Notes: generated from the letters alone by a model not told the origin. Shown: positions 20,597 through 30,556, numbered from the stretch's first letter. The stretch is DNA of 56,296 nucleotides from Candidatus Woesearchaeota archaeon (GCA_964354405.1 CAYGZP010000002.1:135671-191966); one strand, 5' to 3'. Numbers and translations: made by a program.

Positions 20597-21352
20597 ATGG
20601 AAATCAAAAAAGGATTAAAGCTTGCAAAAGAAATTTTTGAAAATACCCCTTATGAAACGCAGAAAAAAAGGATAACAGAATTATTTAGAAAAACAGAGAA
20701 CTCCAACTCAAAAGATATCATTTTAAGATTAATTGTTATTGATAGTTGTTATTCTACAAATATGAATAAGAGACTTTTTGCATTTGAAGCTATGTCAAAT
20801 TTAATATTAAGATTAAATGAAAAAATTGATTCTATGGGGAATGTTTACAAATTTATAAAAAATAATTTTACAATTATGACAACAGTTATAGGAATTAACA
20901 AGAAGGGTAATGATAAAGGTCATGGGCTTTCTTTATTAACTAAATATTTATATTTTAGAATGAATTTAAATTTTCCAATATATGATAGTCTTGTCTATAA
21001 TGAACTAATACAACAAAAATTTTTAGATGGGTCTAAACAACCTAAACCTACAATAGAATATTTTGAAAAACTTCAAGAATTGAAAGATAAACATAACTTA
21101 TCTTTTGATGAGTTAGATTGTTATTTTTGGGTGTGTGGGAAGATTAGAAAAGGAAGCCTATCTTTGTTGATAGATGATCAAAAATTATATAAAGAAATGA
21201 TTGAAGAACTCAAATTGCCTAGTAAGAATAAAAAAATAAAAAGCTCTCATTTTGACGAATTGATTAAGAAAGAAATTAAAAATAGGGATGCTCCTTTTAA
21301 AGATAAAAAACTAAATAATATCAGAACACTTTTATTAGAGTTAGAGAGTTAA
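20597..21352 (+). CDS. Hypothetical protein, possible HhH/OGG-fold DNA glycosylase-like
   Basis: IDSCYSTNM, SLLTKYLYF...FPIYDSLV, ELDCYFW motif set. Confidence 0.45.
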   Translation: MEIKKGLKLAKEIFENTPYETQKKRITELFRKTENSNSKDIILRLIVIDSCYSTNMNKRLFAFEAMSNLILRLNEKIDSMGNVYKFIKNNFTIMTTVIGINKKGNDKGHGLSLLTKYLYFRMNLNFPIYDSLVYNELIQQKFLDGSKQPKPTIEYFEKLQELKDKHNLSFDELDCYFWVCGKIRKGSLSLLIDDQKLYKEMIEELKLPSKNKKIKSSHFDELIKKEIKNRDAPFKDKKLNNIRTLLLELES

Positions 21353-21363
21353 GTTTTTATAAT
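21344..21363 (+). promoter_or_regulatory. Duplicated BRE/TATA-like 20-mer GAGAGTTAAGTTTTTATAAT (second copy 21693-21712)
   Basis: Identical copies, each 26 bp upstream of an ATG. Confidence 0.6.
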
Positions 21364-21389
21364 GTGGGGGATTTGAGAGTTAGTTAAAA

Positions 21390-21680
21390 ATGAAAATAAA
21401 AATTAGGGAGATTGAAGTAAAAATTGATAAGAGTCTTGAGAAGAAGTTAAAGAAATATAGTTATACTCCTGAAAAAGCTGTTAAAAAAATTTTAAGCGAT
21501 AAAATTGAAAGATGGTTGTGGGAAGCAATAAATAATCGGGAAAGGGAAGAAAGAGAAAAAAGGGAACTTAAAAAAATTGCTTGTAAAAGATGTGGGGGCA
21601 TTCCTGTTACTTCTTATGTCACACATCTCGCTGCTATGGACTGGGGCAAAATATGCAAATGTAAAAAGCCTTTAGAGTAA
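21390..21680 (+). CDS. Small hypothetical protein, possible RHH + Zn-binding tail
   Basis: Beta-helix-helix-like N-terminus; CKRC...CKC. Confidence 0.55.
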   Translation: MKIKIREIEVKIDKSLEKKLKKYSYTPEKAVKKILSDKIERWLWEAINNREREEREKRELKKIACKRCGGIPVTSYVTHLAAMDWGKICKCKKPLE

Positions 21681-21784
21681 GTGGTTGTTATTGAGAGTTA
21701 AGTTTTTATAATATTGCAGACTTTGAGGAGAGTTTGAAATGAAAGTAAGAAAAAGCTATTTAAATAAATTGAAAAGATAATTTT

Positions 21785-22054
21785 TTACTCAATAATCCTT
21801 TGAACTTCTTTTATTATTCTTCTTCCAAGAGGAGTTATTCTATAAAATTTGAATGCCCTATCCCTAGGATTCCTACAAACAATAAGCTTTTCCTTCGAGA
21901 GTTCAGTAAGAGTTCTTGATGTATGTGTTTTATACATCCCAGTTATTTTTTTAATTTCTGGCTGGCTCATAGATCTTTCTTGAAGAATTATTAATACTTC
22001 TCTTCTTCTTTTACTTATTGCTACAAAACTGATAATGGTGGGGTTGAGTTTCAT
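21785..22054 (-). CDS. Winged-helix transcriptional regulator divergent from the R-M operon
   Basis: SKRRREVL...SQPEI...HTSRTLTEL...YRITPLG. Confidence 0.8.
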   Translation of the reverse strand: MKLNPTIISFVAISKRRREVLIILQERSMSQPEIKKITGMYKTHTSRTLTELSKEKLIVCRNPRDRAFKFYRITPLGRRIIKEVQRIIE

Positions 22055-22140
22055 ATTAGAAAATCAGTCACCATCTTTTTTATTTTGAGGTTACCTTTTA
22101 AGTTACCAAGATTTAAAAATGTAAATTCTTATTAAATTAT

Positions 22141-23706
22141 ATGCCAACATTAAATTGGATTGGAAAAGAAGCTGTTGTAAATCATGATAAAGAAGTTTCA
22201 TTTAGACTTCTAAAGAAAATTAAAGCTCACTCTGTTGGCGAGAATTCTCAAAATCTTATAATTCATGGAGATAATCTAGAAGCTTTGAAGGCTTTAATGC
22301 CATACTATCACGGAAAGATTAAGTGTATCTACATAGATCCGCCATATAACACCGGAAATGAAAGTTGGGTTTATAATGATAAAGTGAACTCTCCAAAGAT
22401 TAAGAAGTGGCTGGGCAAGGTAGTTGGTGGCGAAGCCGAAGATTTGTGTAGACACGATAAATGGCTTTGTATGATGTATCCAAGATTAAAATTGTTAAAG
22501 GAGCTTTTAGCTGAAGAGGGGGTTATTTTTATCAGTATTGATGATAATGAGCAAGCACATCTTAAGCAAATAATGAATGAGATATTTGGAGAAGAAAATT
22601 TTATTGCTGAATTAATCTGGAAGAAAAAAGCAGGAGGGGGCTCAGATACTAAATATTTTGCAGTAGACCATGAGTATATACTAGTTTATGCAAAAAATGA
22701 AAAATTCCAGATAAGATATTATGTCTCTTTAAATGAAAATTTAAAAGCAGATTATAAATATAAAGATAAAAATTTTGATAAACTTGGCCCTTATAAAAGG
22801 AAGAACTTATATCAAACGGGTATAGAAACTGATAGGCCAAATTTAAAGTATCCTATTAAATGCCCAGATGGTAAAAAAATATCCCCCCCAACAATTTGGA
22901 GATGGAGTAAAGAAACTTTTACAAAAGCAAAAGAAGAAGGAAAAATTGATTTTATTAAAGACAAAAAAGGAAAATGGCAAATTTTTACTAAGATGTATCT
23001 ATACGATGAATCTGGAGAAGAGTATAAAACCAAACCAAGAAGTATACTAATTGAAACGGGCTTAACTAAAGGAGGAAGTGAAGACTTGAAGAGTATTTTT
23101 AATAATATCAGCCCCTTTGACTATCCTAAACCAATTAGTTTAATAAAATATCTTGTGAGTATAATAACTTCTAAAGACTCAGCAATTCTTGACTCATTCG
23201 CGGGTTCAGGAACAACCGCTCATGCAGTTTTAGACTTGAATAAAGAAGACAAAGGAAATAGAAAGTTTATTCTTGTTGAGATAGAAGACAAGGTTGCGAA
23301 AGATATAACTGCTGAGAGAGTGAAAAGAGCCATCAAAAAGTATGGTTATAAAGGGGGTTTTGAGTTCTGTGAATTAGACAAGCCACTATTTAATGAAGAA
23401 GGACAAATTGAAGAAGAATGTGCCTTTGAACAACTTGCAACTTACATTTATTTTACTGAAACAAATACAAATCTTGATAAAAAAGCAATTGGCAAGCATT
23501 TCATAGGAGAATATAATGAAACTGAGTTTTATCTCTTATTCAAAGAGAAAGGCAAGAATGTTCTCAATAAGGACTTCTTGAAGAAAATAAGCAAGAATAA
23601 TAAAAAGAAAGTCATTTATGCCGATAAATGCCTTATTGATGATAAAACTTTGGAGAAAAATAAAATCCAATTTAAACAAATACCTTATGAGGTGAAGATT
23701 TACTAA
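22141..23706 (+). CDS. mod: Type III R-M DNA methyltransferase
   Basis: MPTLNWIGK, IHGDNLEAL, YIDPPYNTG, FDYPKP, LDSFAGSGTT (beta-class). Confidence 0.95.
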   Translation: MPTLNWIGKEAVVNHDKEVSFRLLKKIKAHSVGENSQNLIIHGDNLEALKALMPYYHGKIKCIYIDPPYNTGNESWVYNDKVNSPKIKKWLGKVVGGEAEDLCRHDKWLCMMYPRLKLLKELLAEEGVIFISIDDNEQAHLKQIMNEIFGEENFIAELIWKKKAGGGSDTKYFAVDHEYILVYAKNEKFQIRYYVSLNENLKADYKYKDKNFDKLGPYKRKNLYQTGIETDRPNLKYPIKCPDGKKISPPTIWRWSKETFTKAKEEGKIDFIKDKKGKWQIFTKMYLYDESGEEYKTKPRSILIETGLTKGGSEDLKSIFNNISPFDYPKPISLIKYLVSIITSKDSAILDSFAGSGTTAHAVLDLNKEDKGNRKFILVEIEDKVAKDITAERVKRAIKKYGYKGGFEFCELDKPLFNEEGQIEEECAFEQLATYIYFTETNTNLDKKAIGKHFIGEYNETEFYLLFKEKGKNVLNKDFLKKISKNNKKKVIYADKCLIDDKTLEKNKIQFKQIPYEVKIY

Positions 23707-25964
23707 TGGAACTCAAGAAATACCAACAAAAAGCAATAGATAAACTAAAAGAATACTTAATTGAGATTGCACAATTTGGGCCTAAACACGCATTTATATC
23801 TTTAACCGAAAAGGCCTACAAAGAAGAATTCTTCGGGGATAAAGTTCCGTTTGTTTGTGTTAAAATTCCCACTGGTGGTGGAAAAACTCTAGTAGGATGC
23901 CATTCAGTTACAGAAATTATGGACTCTTTCCTTAAAGAAAAAATGGATAGGGGAATAGTAGTGTGGTTTGTGCCTTCTGAAGCGATTAAAAGCCAAACAT
24001 TAAGGAAATTCAAGGACAGAAAAGACATTCATAGGCAAATATTGGATGACTATTTTGACAATAATGTGCAAATCTTTTCTAATGAAGAAGCATTAAAGAT
24101 TAGAAAGGAGGATATTGATGATAACTTATGTATCATTATCTCTAGTTTAGATGCATTTAGAAAAGAGAAGACACTACAGGCAAAATATAAGGTATATCAA
24201 GAAAATGGGACGCTTATCAATCATTTTGAAAACATTGAAGAAAGTAAGATTTTAGAGCAAGATGAATCGGGGATAATAAAATCTTTAGCCAATGTTATAC
24301 GCCTGAATAATCCTTTAATTGTTATTGATGAAGGACACAGAACAAAAACACAATTATCTATTGACTTTTTGAAAGATCTTAATCCTAGTTTTATTATAGA
24401 ATATACTGCAACACCCCGTCCAGAAAGTAATATTCTCGTTGAAGTGCATTCTTCAGAACTTAAAGAAGAAGAAATGGTAAAACTTCCTTTAGTTCTTGAG
24501 AGTCATACACAATGGCAAAGTGCAATTCTTCAAGGAGTATTAAGAAGAGGAGAACTTGAAAAGATTGCCAAGAAAGAGAAAATAAGACCTATCGCCTTAT
24601 TGCAGGCAGAATCCGACAGAGCAGACAAGGAGTGTGTTACAGTAGACAAAATAAAAGAGTTTTTAACTAAAGATAGAAAAATACCTGAAGAAGAAATTGC
24701 AATAAAAACCTCAAAAAGCAATGAGTTGGAAGGAGTTGATTTATTTGCTAAGAATTGTAAGGTTAGGTATATAATAACAGTAAATGCATTAGCTGAAGGA
24801 TGGGATTGTTCATTTGCTTATGTCTTGATTTCTGTGGCAAATATCGGTTCTAAAATTGCAGTTGAGCAGATAATAGGAAGAATAATGAGAATGCCCTTCG
24901 CAAAACGAAAGGAAATTGAGGACTTAAACAGAAGTTATGTTTTTGCATCTGCAAGAAACTTTAATGAAGCAGTAAGTCAAATTATCTCTGGTTTAGAAAC
25001 TAATGGTTACAGCAAGTTCGATGTAGTTAGTACAACAGATACAAAAAAGAAATATGAATTTGATGTTGAAAGAAAAATAAAGGAAGATTTCGCAGTTCCT
25101 ATGATTTCCTATGAAAATGAAGAACTCTCTTTTGAGGATTTAATTGGAGAGGATTTTGAATTGTCTAAACAGAATGCCGGGTTTGATTTCAAAGTTCATT
25201 ATGATAATGAGGGCAGGGCACTTATTGATATAAAAGATGGAGATAAATGGATCAGGGGTGCTCAACAAATTCTAAAAGTCACATATCACGACAAAACTTG
25301 CTCTAAGAAAGAATTAGTGCATTGGCTAGATAAAAAACTTAGATTTACAATGTTAGACAAAGAAGATAAAGTTAAATTTTTGGAAAAGGCTATTGATCAA
25401 ATAAAAGGATATACTATCCAAGATTTATCTATAAATCGATATGTGCTACTTTCAAAATTAGATGAAATAATAAATGAAATACTAGTAGATTATGCAAAAA
25501 AGAAGTTTGATAAGCTAATAAAAGAAGGCAAGATAAAAGTCAAGGAATTTGAAAAATTCCCAGAAGTCATAACTTTATCTGAAGAAATGCCTCAAGAGTT
25601 TAATAAGAACTATTATAAGACAATAGACAAATTAAACAAGGAAGAAGCCAACTTTATTAGAAGATTGGACTTAGAACATCTACCAAACATCAAATTCTGG
25701 ATTAGAAATCGTGAAAAGAAGGACCCATTTTATGTTCAAGGATGGCGGAAAAACAAGTTTTATCCTGATTTTATTGCTCTAACCAATAAAGATAATATTC
25801 TCGCTTTAGAATGGAAAGGTGAACATTTGTTAGATGCGCCAGATATTGACTATAAAGAAGAAGTTGCAAAAATTTGGGAACAATTAGGAAAAGGAAAACT
25901 ACATTTTTTCTTAGTGCATAATGGGAACATTGAAGAAGTTCTTATAGAGATTAAAAAATTATAG
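23706..25964 (+). CDS. res: Type III R-M restriction subunit (SF2 helicase + PD-(D/E)XK)
   Basis: PTGGGKT, IDEGH, TATP, EGWDC, QIIGRIMR, YPDF...LEWKG; 1-bp overlap with mod. Confidence 0.93.
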   Translation: MELKKYQQKAIDKLKEYLIEIAQFGPKHAFISLTEKAYKEEFFGDKVPFVCVKIPTGGGKTLVGCHSVTEIMDSFLKEKMDRGIVVWFVPSEAIKSQTLRKFKDRKDIHRQILDDYFDNNVQIFSNEEALKIRKEDIDDNLCIIISSLDAFRKEKTLQAKYKVYQENGTLINHFENIEESKILEQDESGIIKSLANVIRLNNPLIVIDEGHRTKTQLSIDFLKDLNPSFIIEYTATPRPESNILVEVHSSELKEEEMVKLPLVLESHTQWQSAILQGVLRRGELEKIAKKEKIRPIALLQAESDRADKECVTVDKIKEFLTKDRKIPEEEIAIKTSKSNELEGVDLFAKNCKVRYIITVNALAEGWDCSFAYVLISVANIGSKIAVEQIIGRIMRMPFAKRKEIEDLNRSYVFASARNFNEAVSQIISGLETNGYSKFDVVSTTDTKKKYEFDVERKIKEDFAVPMISYENEELSFEDLIGEDFELSKQNAGFDFKVHYDNEGRALIDIKDGDKWIRGAQQILKVTYHDKTCSKKELVHWLDKKLRFTMLDKEDKVKFLEKAIDQIKGYTIQDLSINRYVLLSKLDEIINEILVDYAKKKFDKLIKEGKIKVKEFEKFPEVITLSEEMPQEFNKNYYKTIDKLNKEEANFIRRLDLEHLPNIKFWIRNREKKDPFYVQGWRKNKFYPDFIALTNKDNILALEWKGEHLLDAPDIDYKEEVAKIWEQLGKGKLHFFLVHNGNIEEVLIEIKKL

Positions 25965-25985
25965 AACCCAAAAATTTATAAAAAC

Positions 25986-27446
25986 GTGAGTTCTTGGGGA
26001 GATAAAGGAAAGGGGAAAATGAAAATCGAAACAAAAGATGATTCTGTAGAAGATCTAATAACATTTATCCAAAAATTAGCAGATTTCGATGAGAATGAAA
26101 CATTAAGAGGATTCATGATAAATTTAGATAAAGAAGAAGTTAAAAATAAAGTTCAATCTCCAAGGGGCTATTATTTTGTAACAGATTTATGCAATCCAAC
26201 AAAAAAATATCTAGAGACTAAGTTTCCCTTGCCTTCGCTTGATATCAAAACACAAAAAAAGTTTATACGGGGCAAGAAAATACATCGGTCTGCAGAAATC
26301 TGGGTGAAAAAGGTAGCCGGATATGTCTCTACAGAATCTAAATTAGATGGATTTTTAATAGGTCTCCCTGTTACTGGGAGAATAGATGGAAAAATAAAAG
26401 AAAAGATACTGGATTTTAAATCAAAAGAACAAATTCCGAGAAACCCGAGTGAAATAATTCAGAACTACCCGCAAGATATAGAACAATTAGCTTTCTATTC
26501 TGTTTTGGATCCAACTCAACCGAATATAAACTATTTAGTTTTTATATCCCAAGATTCATCTCAGAAATTGATAGCATTTAGAATAATTATAAAAGACCAT
26601 CAAAAAATAAAGAATTTGCTTCTAAGTCGTATAAATCTATTGAATGGCGTATTTGAAGGAAAAATTGACCCTTCTCAAATGAGTAAATGTAATTATTGTT
26701 TGGGAAAAGAAGAATGTGGATATTACAAGGAAGGTGTTTGCAAATGGATCGATAAAGCAATTTCAACAGAAATCTCGAATTTTGTAGATGTTGAAGAAGA
26801 CAAAAAGTTCACAGAGATATTAAAAAAGGCGAGAGAAAATTGGAACGAAGAAGATGACTTATATAGTATTCATAATCTCTTAAACTCTAGAAAATATTTT
26901 TACACTGACATCCTAGAGTGGGGGCTTTCTGAAGAGTATGATACAGATACTCAAAAGATGTTGGCCAAAGATTATGTAGATTATCTTGTATATAAGCTAA
27001 GAACAAATATGAATACAGATTTAAGTCTAAAACCGGCTATTATAAACAAAAAGATAAGAGAGCATAACCAATGGATCTTCCTAAAAACTAATCAAGAACC
27101 AGAAGGTAAACTTATTCCTTATGTGGTTGGTGCTAGCTTAAGTGAAAAAGCGGGGTATCTTGGGTTTCCTCCCAACTATCGTATTGCAGAATTGGGAATG
27201 ATATGTGCCCTGTACAACCGATCTAGAGGTTATGTTTTTGAATATTTGCCAAACTTAAATAAAAAATTTAGAGTTTATGAATTATCTTTTAAGGATATCA
27301 ATGAAATAAAAAAGAAAATAGAGCATATCCTTAAAATTTTTAAGAGTAAAGATCCTAGTAAATTTAAGGAATTACCTGAGTGCTATAATTTTTATTGTAA
27401 TGACTGTGAGATTTGTGACGAGCATGCTACAAAGATAGCAATTTAA
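25986..27446 (+). CDS. Cas4-like PD-(D/E)XK nuclease with a duplicated, degenerate second domain (start may be ATG 26019)
   Basis: TDLCNP, GKKIH, TGRIDG, LDFKS, EQLAFY, CNYCX5C; second half repeats this layout and ends CYNFYCNDCEIC. Confidence 0.7.
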   Translation: MSSWGDKGKGKMKIETKDDSVEDLITFIQKLADFDENETLRGFMINLDKEEVKNKVQSPRGYYFVTDLCNPTKKYLETKFPLPSLDIKTQKKFIRGKKIHRSAEIWVKKVAGYVSTESKLDGFLIGLPVTGRIDGKIKEKILDFKSKEQIPRNPSEIIQNYPQDIEQLAFYSVLDPTQPNINYLVFISQDSSQKLIAFRIIIKDHQKIKNLLLSRINLLNGVFEGKIDPSQMSKCNYCLGKEECGYYKEGVCKWIDKAISTEISNFVDVEEDKKFTEILKKARENWNEEDDLYSIHNLLNSRKYFYTDILEWGLSEEYDTDTQKMLAKDYVDYLVYKLRTNMNTDLSLKPAIINKKIREHNQWIFLKTNQEPEGKLIPYVVGASLSEKAGYLGFPPNYRIAELGMICALYNRSRGYVFEYLPNLNKKFRVYELSFKDINEIKKKIEHILKIFKSKDPSKFKELPECYNFYCNDCEICDEHATKIAI

Positions 27447-27485
27447 ATTTTAGTAAGAAAAGAAAATCATTGAGGGGAGTTTGAA

Positions 27486-28298
27486 ATGAATAATGCATTG
27501 AAGATAATTTTAGCATTTATTGTTATAGTTCTTATTTTAGGAGTAATTTCTTTACTTAAAGATGATCCTGTGAATCTTAGCTTAAGTTTAAATCCTTGTT
27601 TAGGAAAAACAATTTGTTTCTTTGGAGAAACTCTAAAACTTAATGTATTATTAAACTCTAAGGATTTAGATATTTTAGGTAAGAATAGAACCGTGTATAT
27701 TGATTCTGTATTTGGAAAAAAACCAGAAAGTGTAACTATTGGAAATTTTTCAGAAATAGATATTCCTATTGAAACTTCTCTTTCAGAAGGAAATTATAAA
27801 ATTTCAGTAAGTTCTGATTTTATAAACAATAAGGATTTGCTATTGAAAATTAAGTACCTTATACTTGGATTTTTTGGTCAAAAATACCAAGCTTCAAAGT
27901 CTATAGAAATAAGATACCCCCTTATGAAAGTAAATACAGTAGGATATCAATGTAATGCAAGAGGTTTCTATTTTGAGGAAATAAAATTGAAACTTGAAGA
28001 CCCTTATATAACGGAATTAAATTGTAAACTAAGAATTTATGTTGACAAATTTGTTACAACCAATCATAATCTCTTGACAAAAATAGATTATACAGATCAA
28101 TTCGACTATTATGAAAGTAATTATTCAAAAATAAATAAGTTAGATTTAACTGGTTCTGTTCAAAAGATATCCTTTTTTGCAGGACCTGCGGTTCAACAAA
28201 CAAATACTAGAATAGTTCCTGTGTGCTTAATTAATGGACAAAACATAGAAATTAAAACTCAAGAAATTAAAATGCCTAAATGCCCTATGAGTGATTAA
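27486..28298 (+). CDS. Membrane-anchored hypothetical protein
   Basis: N-terminal TM; beta-rich domain with Cys residues. Confidence 0.7.
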   Translation: MNNALKIILAFIVIVLILGVISLLKDDPVNLSLSLNPCLGKTICFFGETLKLNVLLNSKDLDILGKNRTVYIDSVFGKKPESVTIGNFSEIDIPIETSLSEGNYKISVSSDFINNKDLLLKIKYLILGFFGQKYQASKSIEIRYPLMKVNTVGYQCNARGFYFEEIKLKLEDPYITELNCKLRIYVDKFVTTNHNLLTKIDYTDQFDYYESNYSKINKLDLTGSVQKISFFAGPAVQQTNTRIVPVCLINGQNIEIKTQEIKMPKCPMSD

Positions 28299-28731
28299 AA
28301 TGGAAGAGAATAAAAATTTAGAAGGAAATATAATAAAAAAATTAAAAAGCCGATCCCCATTACAAAACGCAGCCAGTATTGCAGCCATAATTTCTGCTAT
28401 AATTGGATTAATTGTATTATTTTTGAATATATTCTCAAAACAATCTTCTATAGATTCATCAAGTTGGATAATTTCTATTGCTTTAATTATTATTGGAGCT
28501 GTCGTGATAGTGCCAATGATTTTAGATTACAAAGATCGTAATAGACTAATCGATTGGAATAAAGCAATTTTGGACCTATCTATAAATAAAACTTATTTTG
28601 AAGGACAAGGAAAAATATATGTTGATGTACATAATAGCATAGTCAATTCCCTTTATTTATGTGCAATATATGAAGGAAAAAAAGAATTTGCTGAAGAACT
28701 ACTGAATAAATTTTTAATAGTTAAAAAATGA
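28291..28731 (+). CDS. Two-TM hypothetical protein
   Basis: Two TM helices, then a soluble C-terminus. Confidence 0.7.
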   Translation: MIKMEENKNLEGNIIKKLKSRSPLQNAASIAAIISAIIGLIVLFLNIFSKQSSIDSSSWIISIALIIIGAVVIVPMILDYKDRNRLIDWNKAILDLSINKTYFEGQGKIYVDVHNSIVNSLYLCAIYEGKKEFAEELLNKFLIVKK

Positions 28732-28780
28732 TAATCCCAGAAGTTTTAACTTTTTCCCTAATAACTTCACAGAACCGAAT

Positions 28781-28942
28781 TTAAAAAAATTTTTAAAAGA
28801 AAAGATTTTAACAATGACTCCTAAAGAAGTTAATAAAGGGGGAGTTTCTAGACCTACTCTTTGGAAGATTAAACAAAAAATAAAGAATAAGAAGAAGATT
28901 AGTTTGAATGGGAAAATTGTTAAGAAGGTAATATTTTTTTGA
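28781..28942 (+). pseudogene. Gene fragment encoding a basic HTH resembling casposon Cas1/PolB C-termini
   Basis: LKKFLKEKILTMTPKEVNKGGVSRPTLWKIKQKIKNKKKISLNGKIVKK; no N-terminal part upstream. Confidence 0.45.
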
Positions 28943-30458
28943 TAAGTTTATCATAAAGTTCTTTTGTCTCTTGCAAAGTTTTTTTATTTATGTTCAGATT
29001 TAGTTTACCCTCTATAAATCTCATGAATTTAATTAATATTTGCAAACAGAGTATAGGGATTAAGACTTCTAATTTATCATCATAACTTTTAGGAATTTTA
29101 TGACCTTTGTGTAATGGATTGTAACAATATCTTAAATGATAGTGTTCAAGAGAAGAATAACCACCATGAACAATATCGCTGAAAGGATTATAAAAGTAAT
29201 CAAAAATATCTTTTTCTCCAATTTCTATTGCTATGTCTCTCTCACTTATAGCTTTCCAGTCTCCTATATTTACATCTAAAAAAATAGGATTTATTCTAGA
29301 CATTAGTTCTTCATCGAGTTCTTCTGCTAATTTTTCATAAACAGAATTTAATTCATCGTTTCTAGCGTTTGATTTTAAATGTTCAAAGAATAGTTTCTTT
29401 TTACCTAAGCCATAGTCCCTATAGTTGATTAAATCCTCAGGTTTTGCTTTTGTTTGAAACCAGACCAATAAAAAGTAGGAGTCTATTATGCTTCTTAATA
29501 TCATTCTTCCCACTTCTCCGTTCCAATGGGGGGGATTTTTAAGTAAATTATCTGATAAAGAAAAAATCCTATTAACAAGACCTAATTTTATTTCTAATTC
29601 ATCTATCTTATTTGGAGAATATTTAACTAAATTAAAAACTTCTTGATGTATTGATTCTATTTTTTCAATAATATCGACAAAATCTTTAACAAATGATTCT
29701 CCTGTACTTCCCCCTAGATATTTTCCCCCATCTTTTTCTTTGTAATATTTTAATAAATCATCACAATTTGAAATTTCAAACCCCCTTTTCCAGAAATACT
29801 CAGACCAAACGTTTCTTTTTGTTTTATCTAGAAACATAATTATTGTAGCTCTTATGGAAGGTCTTATTCTTTTTGCTTTTTCAGAATCCCAGTTTTTTTC
29901 TAAAAACATTATATCAAAATTTTCAATATTGGCCTGTTGAATTTGTAGAATCCCTCTTTTGATTAAACTATCGACAAACATTCCCATAGACAAAGAAGAA
30001 GTTTTACTTGGTTTATAACTAAGATGTGCACCAACTTTTAACAAAGTTTCTGAAGACTTTTCTTCATCTACATTTACAACTTCATCAAACAATTTATTAA
30101 AAGGACATTGGGGGTACATTTTTAATAAACAGGCTAGTGATTCTTTAATTTCTTTAAGAGTTGCTTTATCTATTTTTTCTCTTATGGAAACCCATTCTTC
30201 ATCAGTAATTGAAAAAAATTCGTACATTAATCCTTTGATTCTTTTGTTAGTGACTTTATCTATCACTCCCATGAATCTATCAATCAAATCAATTGAAGAT
30301 TCTAGTCCCTTAGATTCATACAATAAGGCTATCCAAAATATGTTCGGGAAAGTATCTTCTACATAGGACACTTTGTTTAACATAGGAATTTTTGCATCAA
30401 AGGGGTTAATTAATTTCTTTTTATCTCTCTTATAATCTTCTAAAACCATTAGATTCAA
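28920..30458 (-). CDS. DUF5677-like (HEPN-related) protein
   Basis: ILRSIID...YNPFSDIVHGG...CYNPLH C-terminal domain. Confidence 0.6.
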   Translation of the reverse strand: MNLMVLEDYKRDKKKLINPFDAKIPMLNKVSYVEDTFPNIFWIALLYESKGLESSIDLIDRFMGVIDKVTNKRIKGLMYEFFSITDEEWVSIREKIDKATLKEIKESLACLLKMYPQCPFNKLFDEVVNVDEEKSSETLLKVGAHLSYKPSKTSSLSMGMFVDSLIKRGILQIQQANIENFDIMFLEKNWDSEKAKRIRPSIRATIIMFLDKTKRNVWSEYFWKRGFEISNCDDLLKYYKEKDGGKYLGGSTGESFVKDFVDIIEKIESIHQEVFNLVKYSPNKIDELEIKLGLVNRIFSLSDNLLKNPPHWNGEVGRMILRSIIDSYFLLVWFQTKAKPEDLINYRDYGLGKKKLFFEHLKSNARNDELNSVYEKLAEELDEELMSRINPIFLDVNIGDWKAISERDIAIEIGEKDIFDYFYNPFSDIVHGGYSSLEHYHLRYCYNPLHKGHKIPKSYDDKLEVLIPILCLQILIKFMRFIEGKLNLNINKKTLQETKELYDKLIKKILPS

Positions 30459-30556
30459 TGCAATGTTATCTATTTATAAATAGCGTTGCCTTTTTCACCA
30501 TATCTATATTCTGCTGGCGGCTCGCCCCGTCGCACACGATAAATAATCTAAAACCC

